A DNA stretch of 63,316 nt, filler included, from Octopus bimaculoides (taxonomy: Eukaryota): assembly GCF_001194135.2 (NCBI RefSeq). It is 8 parts of 7 records of this genome, joined end to end, with 100 filler letters (N's around TTAATTAATTAA, not from the genome) between each part and the next. Parts side by side here need not be neighbours in the genome. Positions count along the whole stretch, not along the records: positions 1 to 11,102 come from NC_068985.1; positions 11,203 to 18,909 come from NC_069002.1; 6 more parts are not named here. One strand, given 5' to 3'. How positions within the stretch are numbered: position 1 is the first letter of the stretch; the number at the start of each line of letters is the position of its first letter. The position numbers and the translations under genes are program-made. The notes under the pieces are model-generated. The model was not told the origin of the DNA, did no database searches, and saw nothing but the letters and a program-made list of their open reading frames with translations. Shown here one piece after another: positions 1 through 11,796 of the stretch.

Positions 1-190
1 GTTCCAAGAATTATGGCTAATTATAGCAGTTCTTGAGAACTGCTCTAGTTCCGGTCAAAAAAGTAGAACCAGCTAACAAAGAGATAGAGAGGTGGGGGTC
101 ATGCTATTATCAGAAAGCATCACTTCCTATGATAAATTTGTGGAATCACTGACAGAGAGAGGAAGGGGTACAAAATATATATGCTATCGG

Positions 191-540
191 TCTTAGCATA
201 TCTTTTGACAGGTCACTAAGAGAGAGAGAGAGGTGGGGGGAAGGTAGGAAGGACAAACTAACATAGATAGGGAGTTAGGGAGTGTCTATATGTATACCTT
301 CTCAAAGTGTCTATATGTATACCTTCTCAAAGCTTTTACTAGTCACTGAGGGAGGAGAAGGGGAGATAAGTCTTAGCATATCTTTTGACAGGTCACTAAG
401 AGAGAGAGAGAGAGAGAGAGAGAGGAGAAGGAAGGAAGGACAAACTAACATAGATAGGGAGTTAGGGAGTGTATATATGCTGGATTCTCAATGCATACCT
501 TCTCAAAGCTTTTACTAGTCACTGAGAGAGGGGAAGGGGA
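191..540. repeat. Two-copy ~180-bp tandem duplication with an internal 25-bp duplication
   Basis: TCTTAGCATATCTTTTGACAGGTCACTAAG starts at 191 and 371; GAAGGACAAACTAACATAGATAGGGAGTTAGGGAGTGT and CCTTCTCAAAGCTTTTACTAGTCACTGAG also recur; GTGTCTATATGTATACCTTCTCAAA is doubled at 282-306 and 307-331. Confidence 0.9.
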
Positions 541-683
541 GACAGAATATTTCGAAAACTGGATGGATTATTTTTTGCAAGAAAGTAACTATTTTATCTA
601 ATTTTCCAATTATATAACAGAGCATGCGGTGCATAGCTTGCATGTCTGAGAGTGCACGCCACTGATATATATATATATATATA

Positions 684-1586
684 TTGGGTCATCCCATAAA
701 TAAAGCGTTTTTTTATAATCCATTTATTTTTCAGACTTAAGATAAAGTACTTTTTAAATCTAAAATATACTCTCCTTCATTTTCTACAATGCTCTTCCAT
801 CTATCTGCAAGACTCGCAAGGCCCCTCTTCCAAAATTCAATTGTCCATCACAATACTGTTCTGACCTCGTCTACAGAATTCATATTTTTTCCGTCCAAAT
901 GATTCTGAAGACTGCGGAATAAATGATAACAAGATGGGGCAATGTCCGGTGAATATGGTGGGTGGGCATCGTTTCCCATTCAAACTGCTGTAGTTTTGGA
1001 ATGTCATCCTTGTTGTATGTGGCTGAGCATTATCCTGATGGAAGAACATCTTTTGTCTTGAAACCAAAGATGGTCATTTTTCCTCTAGTGCAGGTGTCAA
1101 TGAATGGTTGAATGACCAAATCCAAGCTTCTCTGCTAGTTCCTCAACAGTTACGATGGGATTTTGTTCCACCAGGGTTTGCAGGACATCCTTAACGAACT
1201 CTACAGATTTCCCAGGATGAAGCTCGTCTTCTAGGTTGTAGTTTCCGGCTTGGAATTTCTGGAACCACTGTTGACACTGGCTTACGTTTATTGTCCAATC
1301 ACCATATACTGCATCAATATTCCTCACACTTCCCATTGCATTGCTGCCTTTATTGAACTCATAAAGCAAAATATGCCAAACATGCTCCTTTGTCACTTCC
1401 ATAATAGCTTTGAAAAAATAACTGTTAAAATCGAACTGCACACTTCAAAATTTGCACTAAGAATAAGCACAAGGTAAAATTATTACCTGCTTTTATAGCA
1501 AGTTGATGCAAGTAGTTTATCCCATCCCCCTCCGACTTTTAGTTCATGCAATTGAAAAAAACCGCATTATTTATAGCATGACCCAA
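684..1586 (-). mobile_element. Mariner (Tc1/mariner) DNA transposon, internally deleted, both TIRs present
   Basis: TIRs TTGGGTCATCCCATAAATAAAGCGTTTTT (from 684) and AAAAACCGCATTATTTATAGCATGACCCAA (to 1586), flanked by TA. Minus ORF 1097-1441 gives the mariner HTH (HILLYEFNKG...CQQWFQKFQAGNYNLEDE...VEELAEKLG); ORF 837-1067 has HQDNAQPH (second catalytic Asp motif). The middle of the catalytic domain is missing. Confidence 0.92.
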
Positions 1587-1823
1587 TATATACATACATA
1601 CATACATACATATATATATAAATATNNNNNNNNNNNNNNNNNNNNNNNNNNNNNNNNNNNNNNNNNNNNNNNNNNNNNNNNNNNNNNNNNNNNNNNNNNN
1701 NNNNNNNNNNNNNNNNNNNNNNNNNNNNNNNNNNNNNNNNNNNNNNNNNNNNNNNNNNNNNNNNNNNNNNNNNNNNNNNNNNNNNNNNNNNNNNNNNNNN
1801 NNNNATATATATATATATATATA

Positions 1824-2080
1824 ATCATCATCATCATCGTCGTCGTTTAACGTCCGCTTTCCATGCTAGAATGGGTTGGACGATTTGACTGAGGACTGGT
1901 GAAACCAGATGGCTACACCAGGCTCCAATCTGATTTGGCAGAGTTTCTACAGCTGGATGCCCTTCCTAACGCTTACCACTCTGAGAGTGTAGTGGGTGCT
2001 TTTACGTGCCACCGGCACAAAGGCCAGTCAGGGGGTATTGGCAACGGCAACGGCAAGGCTCAAAATGGTGTATTTTACGT
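1824..2080 (-). mobile_element. SINE 3' portion (family D, ...AACCCATGCTAGCATGGAAAGCGGACGTTAAACGATGATG tail)
   Basis: Reverse complement reads ...GCGTTAGGAAGGGCATCCAGCTGTAGAAAC...CCAACCCATTCTAGCATGGAAAGCGGACGTTAAACGACGACGATGATG; homologous segments at 2101-2225, ~8350-8405 and 42990-43347. Confidence 0.75.
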
Positions 2081-2100
2081 GATATAAATATATATACTTT

Positions 2101-2225
2101 TCATCATCATCCTCATCATTTAATGCCTGTTTTCCATGCTGACATGGGTTTGGCTGAAATCTGGTAAGGTGGAGAGCTGCACCAGGTTCCAATCTGATTT
2201 GGCATGGTTTCTATGGCTGGATGTT
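2101..2225 (-). mobile_element. Truncated SINE tail (family D)
   Basis: CATCAT tail followed by TTTCCATGCTGACATGGGTT...CCAATCTGATTTGGCATGGTTTCTATGGCTGGATG, homologous to 1824-2080. Confidence 0.7.
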
Positions 2226-2509
2226 TGGATTTATGTTCAGTTACAATTTCCATTTATCTGATGGGCTAACCTATACTTTTGTAGAGTACAAATTTATTAT
2301 TCCTAAACAAGAATATTATTGACAGTAATTTCAGAGTTTCAGCAATTATATATTATATGCAGACATTGGTTATGGTCAGTCAGAAAGTTACCATTGGTTG
2401 CACTTAGCAATATAGGTGACTCAGGAGACCTGCTGGCTAGAAACACATAACCTTTTTATTAATAGTGGTAAAAATAGTGTTGGTTAGCTTGGTAGGGAAA
2501 TATGTGTGC

Positions 2510-2547
<38 letters not shown>

Positions 2548-2589
2548 GCGTGTGTGTGCATGCGCATGTGAGTGCATATATATGTATAT

Positions 2590-2945
2590 AGTAGCTGTGT
2601 GGTTAGAAGCTTGCTTCCCACCCATATGGTTCCAAGNNNNNNNNNNNNNNNNNNNNNNNNNNNNNNNNNNNNNNNNNNNNNNNNNNNNNNNNNNNNNNNN
2701 NNNNNNNNNNNNNNNNNNNNNNNNNNNNNNNNNNNNNNNNNNNNNNNNNNNNNNNNNNNNNNNNNNNNNNNNNNNNNNNNNNNNNNNNNNNNNNNNNNNN
2801 NNNNNNNNNNNNNNNNNNNNNNNNNNNNNNNNNNNNNNNNNNNNNNNNNNNNNNACAAAAATAAGTCCTGGGGTCGATTTGTTCAACTAAAAGTGGTGCT
2901 CCAGCATGGGTGCAGTCAAATGACTGAAACAAGTAAAAGAATAAA
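2590..2945 (+). mobile_element. tRNA-headed SINE (family C) spanning an assembly gap
   Basis: Head GTAGCTGTGTGGTTAGAAGCTTGCTTCCCACCCATATGGTTCC and tail AATAAGTCCTGGGGTCGATTTG...GGTGCTCCAGCATGGGTGCAGTCAAATGACTGAAACAA match the 60311-60720 copy in reverse. Confidence 0.75.
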
Positions 2946-3003
2946 AGAATATATATATATATATATATATAAAGAGAGAGAGAGAGGGAGAGAGGGAGAG
3001 GGG

Positions 3004-3060
<57 letters not shown>

Positions 3061-3769
3061 ATGCAGTAATAAACACATTGGTTGAGTGAATCTGAATAAA
3101 TTTTTAAACTAGAAACTTCAGACTTTCATGAGTTGATTAAAATAAGTTGATTTTATTTTCTGCATGAAACAGGGTCAAATAATTGTTGATGCTATTACAA
3201 TAACAGAATACATTGATATACAAGTAAATTGAATGTTAATAGTTTTATAGTATCCGTGTGTGGGAGTAACTAGAATAACATTCCTTAATACTATGGAAGA
3301 CATGTATAAACAATGTTGAAACAAAAGATCTAAATTTGTGCTGTCATTTCATCATTTACTCATGACAATGGCCAATCCATACATGTGTAAATAAAATTAG
3401 GTCCAATATCCATTCATGAGAATATTAGACAATCTAGACTTGCATTCCAACCCAGTTGCATTGGCAGCTAGCTTGTATGCCACAACAGTAGAAACTGAAG
3501 TATGTTAGTTGTGTATTTAGATACACAGTTAAAGTTATTACTGTGAATATATTATAGAGTCTGGTAGATTTCAATATATTTCATGACTGCATATAGTATT
3601 TATACATATAGATATATGTTTTAGTGATCAGAGTAAGTTGATGAGTTAGTGCTCACTTAGCATGCAAGGAATGTCATAGGAATAAGAATAAGGAAACACA
3701 AAATACTAATGAGACAATCCTTAGAGAAAACACTACTGTTTAAGTACATTAAACAACAGTGTTTTCTCC

Positions 3770-3944
3770 TTGTTCTACATCTGATATTCTGTCATCGGAA
3801 GAAGCTAAAATATTTTATATTTTAGCTTCTGATGAGAACTTTTATAGGCCCTATTTTTAATGAGAAGTCATGTAAGTCTTGTAATTGATGGAAACTATAA
3901 CAGGTCTTGTATTTGATGGAAACATTTAAAAGTTTTACATTTGA
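3770..3944. repeat. Degenerate ~28-29-bp minisatellite (TTGATGGAAACTTTTATAGGTCTTGTA-like); continues at ~6083-6630
   Basis: TGATGGAAAC...GGTCTTGTA units at ~3886 and 3914; similar units on the far side of the Helitron, e.g. TTGATGGAAACTTTTTTAGGTCTTAATG near 6550. Confidence 0.6.
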
Positions 3945-6000
3945 CTAGCAGGAGTACTCAGCATTGCTCGGGTAGTAAATAGATGGCAATAGTCTTAATA
4001 GGTTCTACCATTTTTTCATTGTACATCTCTTTGAATATTTTTTGCATTAAGTTGCAAACATTGACATTGAAGAAGATGTGATTTTCCTCATAGACCATAA
4101 ATAAAGTAGTAACAACAGGGTGAAAAGCCTTGGAGAAGCCACAAGAACATCGCAGGGGGTGCAACAATTGAATGTAAAGTGGTCCTGAAAAGGGCCATGT
4201 TATTGTTCTCACAATAGCCCTGAAAAGGATTGTTAACTGTTCATAGGTATAAACGTCCTTTTTCATTCACATGAAAAGCAGTGGGTGCAGTGATGCCAAA
4301 AACTCAAGCCATCTGCAAGGAGATTGAGAAGCTGTAGTGGACAAAATAAAAAAAAAAGACTTAAGATGAACAGGTAATTTTGAAAGAATGGCAACAATAG
4401 TACTCACTCATCATAAACTGGTTTGGCAGGGAAGCTGTGGCATGTTGGACGGCCTACAGCACCTCATGGTAGATGACATTTTTCATTTTGGCTTCCAGGG
4501 AGAACACAAAAAGGTTTTTTTTGGCATCCATCTCTTGAGCATCCGACATATAATTGGCCATGTGAGAAGCATGGTTAGCCTAAATGGAAGCCTGTCATTG
4601 TTAGTGTTTGGCCTTGGAACTTGTTGATGGACATGGCAAAGCAAAGTCAAAGATGGAACTGAAGTTGACGCAAGAGACAGGGGCATTGCTTATCTGATGG
4701 AGTAAGAGGTATCCTGGGTATAAAGACATCTCTGATGCCACAACCTATAATAATTGTTGCTTCATTAACATGAAGCAGCACATTTTTTATCCACTAAGCG
4801 TGCACCATTGCACAGACGTGGTGGCTCCAGGCTCCTCAGCAGCATGACCGGAGCTCCAATTTTGAGGTCCAGAGGGGTCCAAGGAATTGAGGAATTCTGT
4901 GGGAAAAGTAACGGTCTCTTCTTGGCCCACAAACAGTGCCCACAGTCTTGTAGGTGCGAAGGTTTCCAAGAAGGCTTCACAGTAGGTCTTCATCGAGTTT
5001 CGCGACAAATGTGTTTTTGGGAGCTAATATGGCTCTTACGCACAGTTGATTCAGGTTTTGGTAGTTTATGTGCAGATCAGTAAAAACAGCAGTCATAAAG
5101 TCATCCACAGTGTCCACAGCTGTGCCTACGTGTGAAGCAGCCATCTCTCCAGCTGCATCGGAGGGAGCTGTGCCATCACCAACGGTGAGAAGTTGCTTGG
5201 AGAAGTCACCCAATAAGTTGTCAGTCAAAAATGAGGGATTTAAGAGCAAAAAAACCGATTTTCTACTCAGTTTTTCGCAATTGTTGGTCATACATGGATG
5301 AATTCTGTGCAAATCAGAGTCTTCTAACATTATCCTTAGGATGAGTAAATAGTGTGTAAAATTTGAATGCAATCCACTGAAGCAGTGAGAAGGTTTTGAA
5401 GATTTAAAGGGGAAAAAAGTGTATAAAAATCGATTTTTTCAGTTTTTCATGGTTTTTTGTCGCACAGGGATGCTTTGGACATAGAACAGATACTTGATTG
5501 AACCGCCATTACATGGTGGTTTTTTAGCCATAAAAACCAAGGAAATCGGATTTACCAGTAAAAAGTTTTCTACTGTGTAACTTTGCAAAAAGGCGAAAAA
5601 TCAATTATNNNNNNNNNNNNNNNNNNNNNNNNNNNNNNNNNNNNNNNNNNNNNNNNNNNNNNNNNNNNNNNNNNNNNNNNNNNNNNNNNNNNNNNNNNNN
5701 NNNNNNNNNNNNNNNNNNNNNNNNNNNNNNNNNNNNNNNNNNNNNNNNNNNNNNNNNNNNNNNNNNNNNNNNNNNNNNNNNNNNNNNNNNNNNNNNNNNN
5801 NNNNNNNNNNNNNNNNNNNNNNNNNNNNNNNNNNNNNNNNNNNNNNNNNNNNNNNNNNNNNNNNNNNNNNNNNNNNNNNNNNNNNNNNNNNNNNNNNNNN
5901 NNNNNNNNNNNNNNNNNNNNNNNNNNNNNNNNNNNNNNNNNNNNNNNNNNNNNNNNNNNNNNNNNNNNNNNNNNNNNNNNNNNNNNNNNNNNNNNNNNNN

Positions 6001-6047
<47 letters not shown>

Positions 6048-6082
6048 AGACATTTTGAGTTTTTTTTATATAGATAGATAGA
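3945..6082 (-). mobile_element. Non-autonomous Helitron with both termini and a disrupted PIF1-like helicase C-terminal fragment
   Basis: Minus-strand 5' end TCTATCTATCTATATAAAA (6082); 3' end CCCGAGCAATGCTGAGT-ACTCCTG-CTAG (3945); inserted between A3944 and T6083. Minus 5372-4453 translates across frameshifts to FSKQLLTVGDG...RAILAPKN...FPTEFLNSL...LKIGAPVMLLRSLEPPRLCNGARL...CFAMSINKFQGQTL...PCFSHGQLYVGCSR...KNVIYHEVL*. Confidence 0.9.
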
Positions 6083-6992
6083 TGATCACTTTTATTGATT
6101 TTATGTTTGATCAAAACATTGATCCTACGTTTGAGGAAAATGTTTATAAGTCTTTTGGAGAAATCTTTTGCAAGTTTTATAGTTCATAAAAAGTAGTTTT
6201 TAATGCTGAACATTTTAGTAGGTTTTATGATTGAAGAACACTTTTATAGAATGGGAGTTGCCATGATTTCTACCAAGGGCTTTCTCAATTATTAAAATGG
6301 ATCTAGCATTAGCCATCTAATTTTTGTTTGTACATAAGTGTAGACATATAATATCTACACATATATAACTAAATGGGGAGCTTGTATGAATCTGTAAAAC
6401 ACTCATCCACTGGCCACATATGTATATGAGTTTCATATTTATTGAATAATTTTTTTGAGGGTCTGGCGCTTGATGTAAACTTTCAAAGATCTTACATCAG
6501 ATGAATACTTTTATAGGTCTTGTTTTTGTGGCAGCTTTTATAAGCCTAGTTGATGGAAACTTTTTTAGGTCTTAATGTTGATGAAAATATTATGCATTAT
6601 ATGTATTGAAGATTTTTGTAAGCTTTTTCTAATTTTAAAAAAATATATGTATAATTAAGGGATTGTATGCAGATAATTATATGAATTTTTCAACCATTTA
6701 CTTGAGTCAAATTTATTTCTCTTGCTTAAAGATTAAAATATTTTGTTACTGATCCCTGCTAAGATAAAGTTAAATAAATAATGATTATATTATCTAAAGA
6801 AATGCAGCTAACAGAATGCACACAGGCTTCATCAGAATGATTAAATTTCATTTATATTGTAAATATCATTATAGTAATAAAACATGTAAACCACTGTAAT
6901 ATTGTTTGTTTTTTTTGATTTTAGAGGAGATTTGTTTGATACATATCAATATATCTGAGGTAATTATTTTAATGACCTTTGAAAAAAAGTCA

Positions 6993-7038
<46 letters not shown>

Positions 7039-7044
7039 GTAAAC

Positions 7045-7174
7045 AAACAAGGGAAAAACGAGTGAAATACATAAACGAGAAAAAATAATGGAAAACAGGA
7101 CAAGTAAACACAAAGAAAGGACCCGTCATCAGTTGTTGGCTGTCTATCTACTCCTCATTTTGAGCATTCAACGA
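7045..7174 (-). mobile_element. Partial copy of the 19043-19494 fold-back arm (Penelope pLTR-like), truncated by a gap
   Basis: GGAAAACAGGACAAGTAAAC...TCATCAGTTGTTGGCTGTCTATCTACTCCTCATTTTG closely matches 19110-19180. Confidence 0.75.
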
Positions 7175-7772
7175 CNNNNNNNNNNNNNNNNNNNNNNNNN
7201 NNNNNNNNNNNNNNNNNNNNNNNNNNNNNNNNNNNNNNNNNNNNNNNNNNNNNNNNNNNNNNNNNNNNNNNNNNNNNNNNNNNNNNNNNNNNNNNNNNNN
7301 NNNNNNNNNNNNNNNNNNNNNNNNNNNNNNNNNNNNNNNNNNNNNNNNNNNNNNNNNNNNNNNNNNNNNNNNNNNNNNNNNNNNNNNNNNNNNNNNNNNN
7401 NNNNNNNNNNNNNNNNNNNNNNNNNNNNNNNNNNNNNNNNNNNNNNNNNNNNNNNNNNNNNNNNNNNNNNNNNNNNNNNNNNNNNNNNNNNNNNNNNNNN
7501 NNNNNNNNNNNNNNNNNNNNNNNNNNNNNNNNNNNNNNNNNNNNNNNNNNNNNNNNNNNNNNNNNNNNNNNNNNNNNNNNNNNNNNNNNNNNNNNNNNNN
7601 NNNNNNNNNNNNNNNNNNNNNNNNNNNNNNNNNNNNNNNNNNNNNNNNNNNNNNNNNNNNNNNNNNNNNNNNNNNNNNNNNNNNNNNNNNNNNNNNNNNN
7701 NNNNNNNNNNNNNNNNNNNNNNNNNNNNNNNNNNNNNNNNNNNNNNNNNNNNNNNNNNNNNNNNNNNNNNNN

Positions 7773-7873
7773 GATAAAACTCTGAGTTTCGGATGCCGGG
7801 GTGGGAACCCATGCCAACACCTCTTCAGTTGGCATGGGTTCCCACTCTGGCATCCAAAACTTGGAGTTTTATC
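7773..7873. repeat. 101-nt near-perfect palindrome (46-bp stem, 9-nt loop)
   Basis: Base i pairs with base 15646-i; perfect 18-bp inner stem 7801-7818/7828-7845; four G.U-compatible positions and one C/A mismatch on the plus strand. Confidence 0.95.
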
Positions 7874-7967
7874 ATGGCTACTGAATAAGTGTCACATATT
7901 TTTACAGATAAATTCCTCTATTTACATAATATTGAGGTCTCTTTCTTTCTTTTGATGTCCTTCCTAT

Positions 7968-8003
<36 letters not shown>

Positions 8004-8493
8004 ACATATATGTACACACACACACATGCACATATGTGTGTGTGTGTACATATATATATGTACACACACATATATGCCCGTGTGTGTGTGTGTACATATA
8101 TATATGTGTGTGTGTGTGTGTGTGTATGTATATATGTATATATATAAAGATTAAAGGTCTGGAACATTTGTGAGGTAAAAACTTTGACCAGTAAACAATA
8201 GTGACCCCTAAGCTGATTGTGTTGGATGACAGCCAATCGGCAAGGCTGAGAGTGACTGTCATTTATTTATTTATTTATTCATTTATTCATTTATTTATTT
8301 ATATAAACAGACAAGTGGAGGCTGGTTTCGCTCTCCAATTTGTCAGCTGCTGAACACTCCAACCCATGCCAGCTTGGGAAACGGATGTTAAATAATGATG
8401 ATGATGATTTATTTATTTATTTATTTATACATTTATTTATGCATTATGATAAATGAGGACTTCCTGTATATTCATCCTACTTATAAGAAAAAG

Positions 8494-8960
8494 CGGATCT
8501 TTTTTAAAACGGGGGCCACATTTTTCATTAATGTTTTACGTAGTGTTTTTGGTACCGAAAGACTTTCAAACTTCGTATACTTATCTATTTTGTGTTATAG
8601 AACAGAAAAATATTTTTGTATTCGAATTTATTTCATGTAAAAAATTGTCTTATTTCGATAATTTCAACCAATCACTGACAAGTATTCAGTTGTTTACCTT
8701 TACTCCTTTGGCTCATTAAGCGATGTAAAGCGTATTTAATCTCCATACCTTCGTTTTATTTGCTTTTTTCATTTTAAATTTGCTTTAACCCTAACCCTAA
8801 CCCTAACCCTAACCCTAACCCTAACCCTAACCCTAGGATTTCTTTTTTTTTTAAGAAGACTAAAAGAAAAAGATGTTTTATATGACACATTCTACCAGTG
8901 TTCCAAGTTTCAAAGTGTTTCGTTAATGAAAAATGTGGCCCCCGTTTTAAAAAAGATCCG
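8494..8960. mobile_element. MITE with perfect 38-bp TIRs and an internal telomeric tract
   Basis: CGGATCTTTTTTAAAACGGGGGCCACATTTTTCATTAA (8494-8531) and its exact reverse complement (8923-8960); AAAAAG flanks both ends (possible 6-bp TSD in A-rich context). Confidence 0.85.
8786..8833 (-). repeat. Interstitial telomeric repeat (TTAGGG)8
   Basis: Eight perfect TAACCC units on the plus strand. Confidence 0.95.
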
Positions 8961-10307
8961 AAAAAGCAACCAAATTTATCTCAGATTGCACTCTATCGTC
9001 TTAAAGAATCAAAGGACACATTGGAAACTGTAGTCCTAGATACCCCTAAGTCAATTGGATAGCCACAGCAGGAACGCCTATATCAACTAAGGTTGTCCTG
9101 GAGTTAAACAACAACAATAAATGTAAATCCTAAAGATACATTGAACTCTGACACTAACTCTAACCTGTTGAACTGAATACTGAATGAAGCCTTATCAAAT
9201 AACCACCAATTAAAGGCAATCTCATTATTTTACCGTTAGGAATATTTCACATTTTAGTTATCTATCATTATTATTATTTTCATTCCTTTTTAGAAAAGAA
9301 GAGCTCAGACAGGGTTGCAATTGTGATTTAATTTGATAATGAGCTGAGTGTTTAATTGTTTTATATACTCTATTAATAAGATACTTATTTGTTCTTTATA
9401 CAAAAATGCAAACAAAATCAGGATGAAAATCTCCACTCCTCCACATAACTACCAATATCATTACTACCACCACAACCAATAAATATCATTACTGCCAACA
9501 CAACCAATAAATATCATTACTGCTACCACTATCACCATTGCCACCAACACTTCATAACAAACATAATTACTTCAGCATTCTGTTGGTACATTGTTAGTGT
9601 CTATATTTCTATATTTAATTTATGAAAATTAAATTTTAAAACACAGTGTAAGAAGGAAAAAAATGTAAAAAGGAAGCAGTATCAAATAGGATCTTATTTA
9701 CAAATCCTTAATGTGAATTTAATATGTGATGAACATATAATATATTCAACTTGAGGTTTATTCTTCTGGTTTAACCTCATCCTATATTTCAATGAATGGC
9801 CTGTTTTTTAAAGTTATTTATTCATTTATTTTTCTTTCTTAGCCACCAAGAATATGTTGCTTGTTCTCCAAAAAAGAAAAAAAAGAAAAAGAACTAACAA
9901 AGCTGTCTGTGATGATGCTATGAGTAAAATATAAAAAGAAAGAAAAAAACAACATATAATTGTGGGTTGGAATCTTTTAAACAATCAAACAGTTTCAAAA
10001 AAGTAATGTTTCATTAATATAGTGTATTTTTAGTAGAAAACCCCCTCAAAATAGATCTGTTTTAATACCTACACGGTTATTTGAACCTTAACTTTAATTT
10101 AACCGTTCTGCGACCATATTTTTAACAAGAATAAATTCAGCCTTACATCTTTAAATTTCAACAAAATCAAGAATTATGAGCTTTCAGAAATGCGCTTGTC
10201 TGGCATGTGATTTGATCTAAGATTATGTGCTGAAACTAAAACAGTCACAATGTAGAAGATACATATTAGCCATTCAAAAATATACAAAGACAATTAACTT
10301 CACTTAA

Positions 10308-10528
10308 CCTTTTAGCATTTAAACCAGCCATATCTGGCCCCAAATATTATACCAGTTTTATGTTCAATCCAGCCAGGTCTGGCCTCTCACACCTACCCTA
10401 CAATGTCATTCTAAAAATAAACAATCAGATCATTGAAATCTCAAAGCTGAGAAATAGTGCATAATTAATTCAGAACAATGTGAATAAATAAGTATTACAT
10501 CTGACAGAGTAATTTGAATGCTAAAGAA
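10308..10528. mobile_element. piggyBac-like MITE (TTAA target duplication)
   Basis: TTAA|CCTTTTAGCATTT ... GAATGCTAAAGAA|TTAA: imperfect TIRs with TTAA on both sides. Confidence 0.7.
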
Positions 10529-10734
10529 TTAAACATTTTATTTCATGTCAATAACTAGACTACTGTTAGTACAATGAAAATTTTCACACAAAATAATAAA
10601 TGTTTAAGGGAAGGTAATGATTTTCAAGTTTTTTTAAATGGCTGATACACATGTATCTTCCAGAATTATGGGAGTTTTAATGAAATAAAGCTTAACAAAA
10701 GACAAATTTTTATATATCAAAACTTTATATTATA

Positions 10735-10825
10735 CTAGCAGAAATACCCGGCGTTGCCCGGGTTAAAGAGAATAATGAAATCTAAAAACGCCGTCTAGAC
10801 TACGCATCATCTTTATATAGAGAGA
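10735..10825 (-). mobile_element. 91-bp mini-Helitron
   Basis: Minus strand starts TCTCTCTATATAAAG and ends CCCGG-GCAACG-CCGGG-TATTTCTG-CTAG, between A and T. The 3' end is homologous to the terminus at 3945. Confidence 0.75.
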
Positions 10826-10944
10826 TGTATATACACACACGCACCCAAACACACGTATATATATGTATATCAATATAAATATATGAAAGTCAATGAAGTT
10901 TCGTAAAAGAAGGTGATCATGTACATACTATCTTGCTGTTGTGA

Positions 10945-11100
10945 TTATAACACCTCGTTGTAAACTATGTTCCTTGTTTTCCCTTGTGGAGCATATACAA
11001 ATAGGTTTTTTTGTTGCTGCCCACTCTTGAGCAGTTGTCCATGTGAGAAGCAGGGCTCTTCCAAGAGAAGACCAGCTACAGACAGTGTTTGACCCTGATA
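10945..11100 (-). mobile_element. Helitron PIF1-like helicase C-terminal fragment
   Basis: Minus translation QGQTLSVAGLLLEEPCFSHGQL...(frameshift) SRVG...NLFVYAPQGKTRNIVYNEVL*, paralogous to 4453-4640; cut by a gap at 11103. Confidence 0.85.
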
Positions 11101-11102
11101 TT

Positions 11103-11202
11103 NNNNNNNNNNNNNNNNNNNNNNNNNNNNNNNNNNNNNNNNNNNNTTAATTAATTAANNNNNNNNNNNNNNNNNNNNNNNNNNNNNNNNNNNNNNNNNN
11201 NN
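11103..11202. other. Assembly spacer: N44-TTAATTAATTAA-N44 (the 12-mer also lies at 18954, 32959, 41331, 51208, 55363, 61637)
   Basis: Identical 12-mer, with stops in all six frames, centred in ~100-base gaps seven times. Confidence 0.95.
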
Positions 11203-11260
<58 letters not shown>

Positions 11261-11796
11261 ACACATACACACACACCCATTCACACATACACGCACATAC
11301 ACTCACATGCACGCACATATACAAATTCGCACAGAGACACACACACATTCATACATACATATATATACGCATACACGCACATACGCACACATGCACACAC
11401 ATACACACACATACACACATTCACACAGACACACACACATATTTAATGAAACTAATATAATATCCGACCAATTAACCGGCAAGTTTGGGGCTGAAGCTGT
11501 CCCGGATTTCTGGATCTTCTGGTTTTCTGGATTTTCTGGTTTAAAATATAAAATAAACTATGAAAAGTAAAGAACCAAACTGTATTTAACAAATTCAAAT
11601 TAATGGACTTCTAAAGCAGTGTCTGTCTGTTAATTATTAATCCACTTAAAATTCTTAAAATATATCGTAATGTATCATATATATACAGTATAATGTTTAT
11701 AGGATGAAAACTAAATGAAGAAAAGTAAAGAACATGATTTTATTTAACAGATATAGTTACAAATTAATACAATTCTAAAGCAGAGTATGTTTAATC

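Noticed and set aside
8786-8833. Chromosome end or fusion site
   Set aside because: Only eight units, lying inside a TIR-bounded element with no head-to-head arrangement.
9843-9925. Exon with an NLS-like PKKKKK after a strong polypyrimidine-AG
   Set aside because: Both frames that read well hit stops within ~27 codons, and the Lys run comes from an A-rich tract.
11147-11158. TTAATTAATTAA repeated at seven loci as a possible conserved motif
   Set aside because: It always sits in the centre of a ~100-base N gap, so it is an assembly spacer, not genomic sequence.
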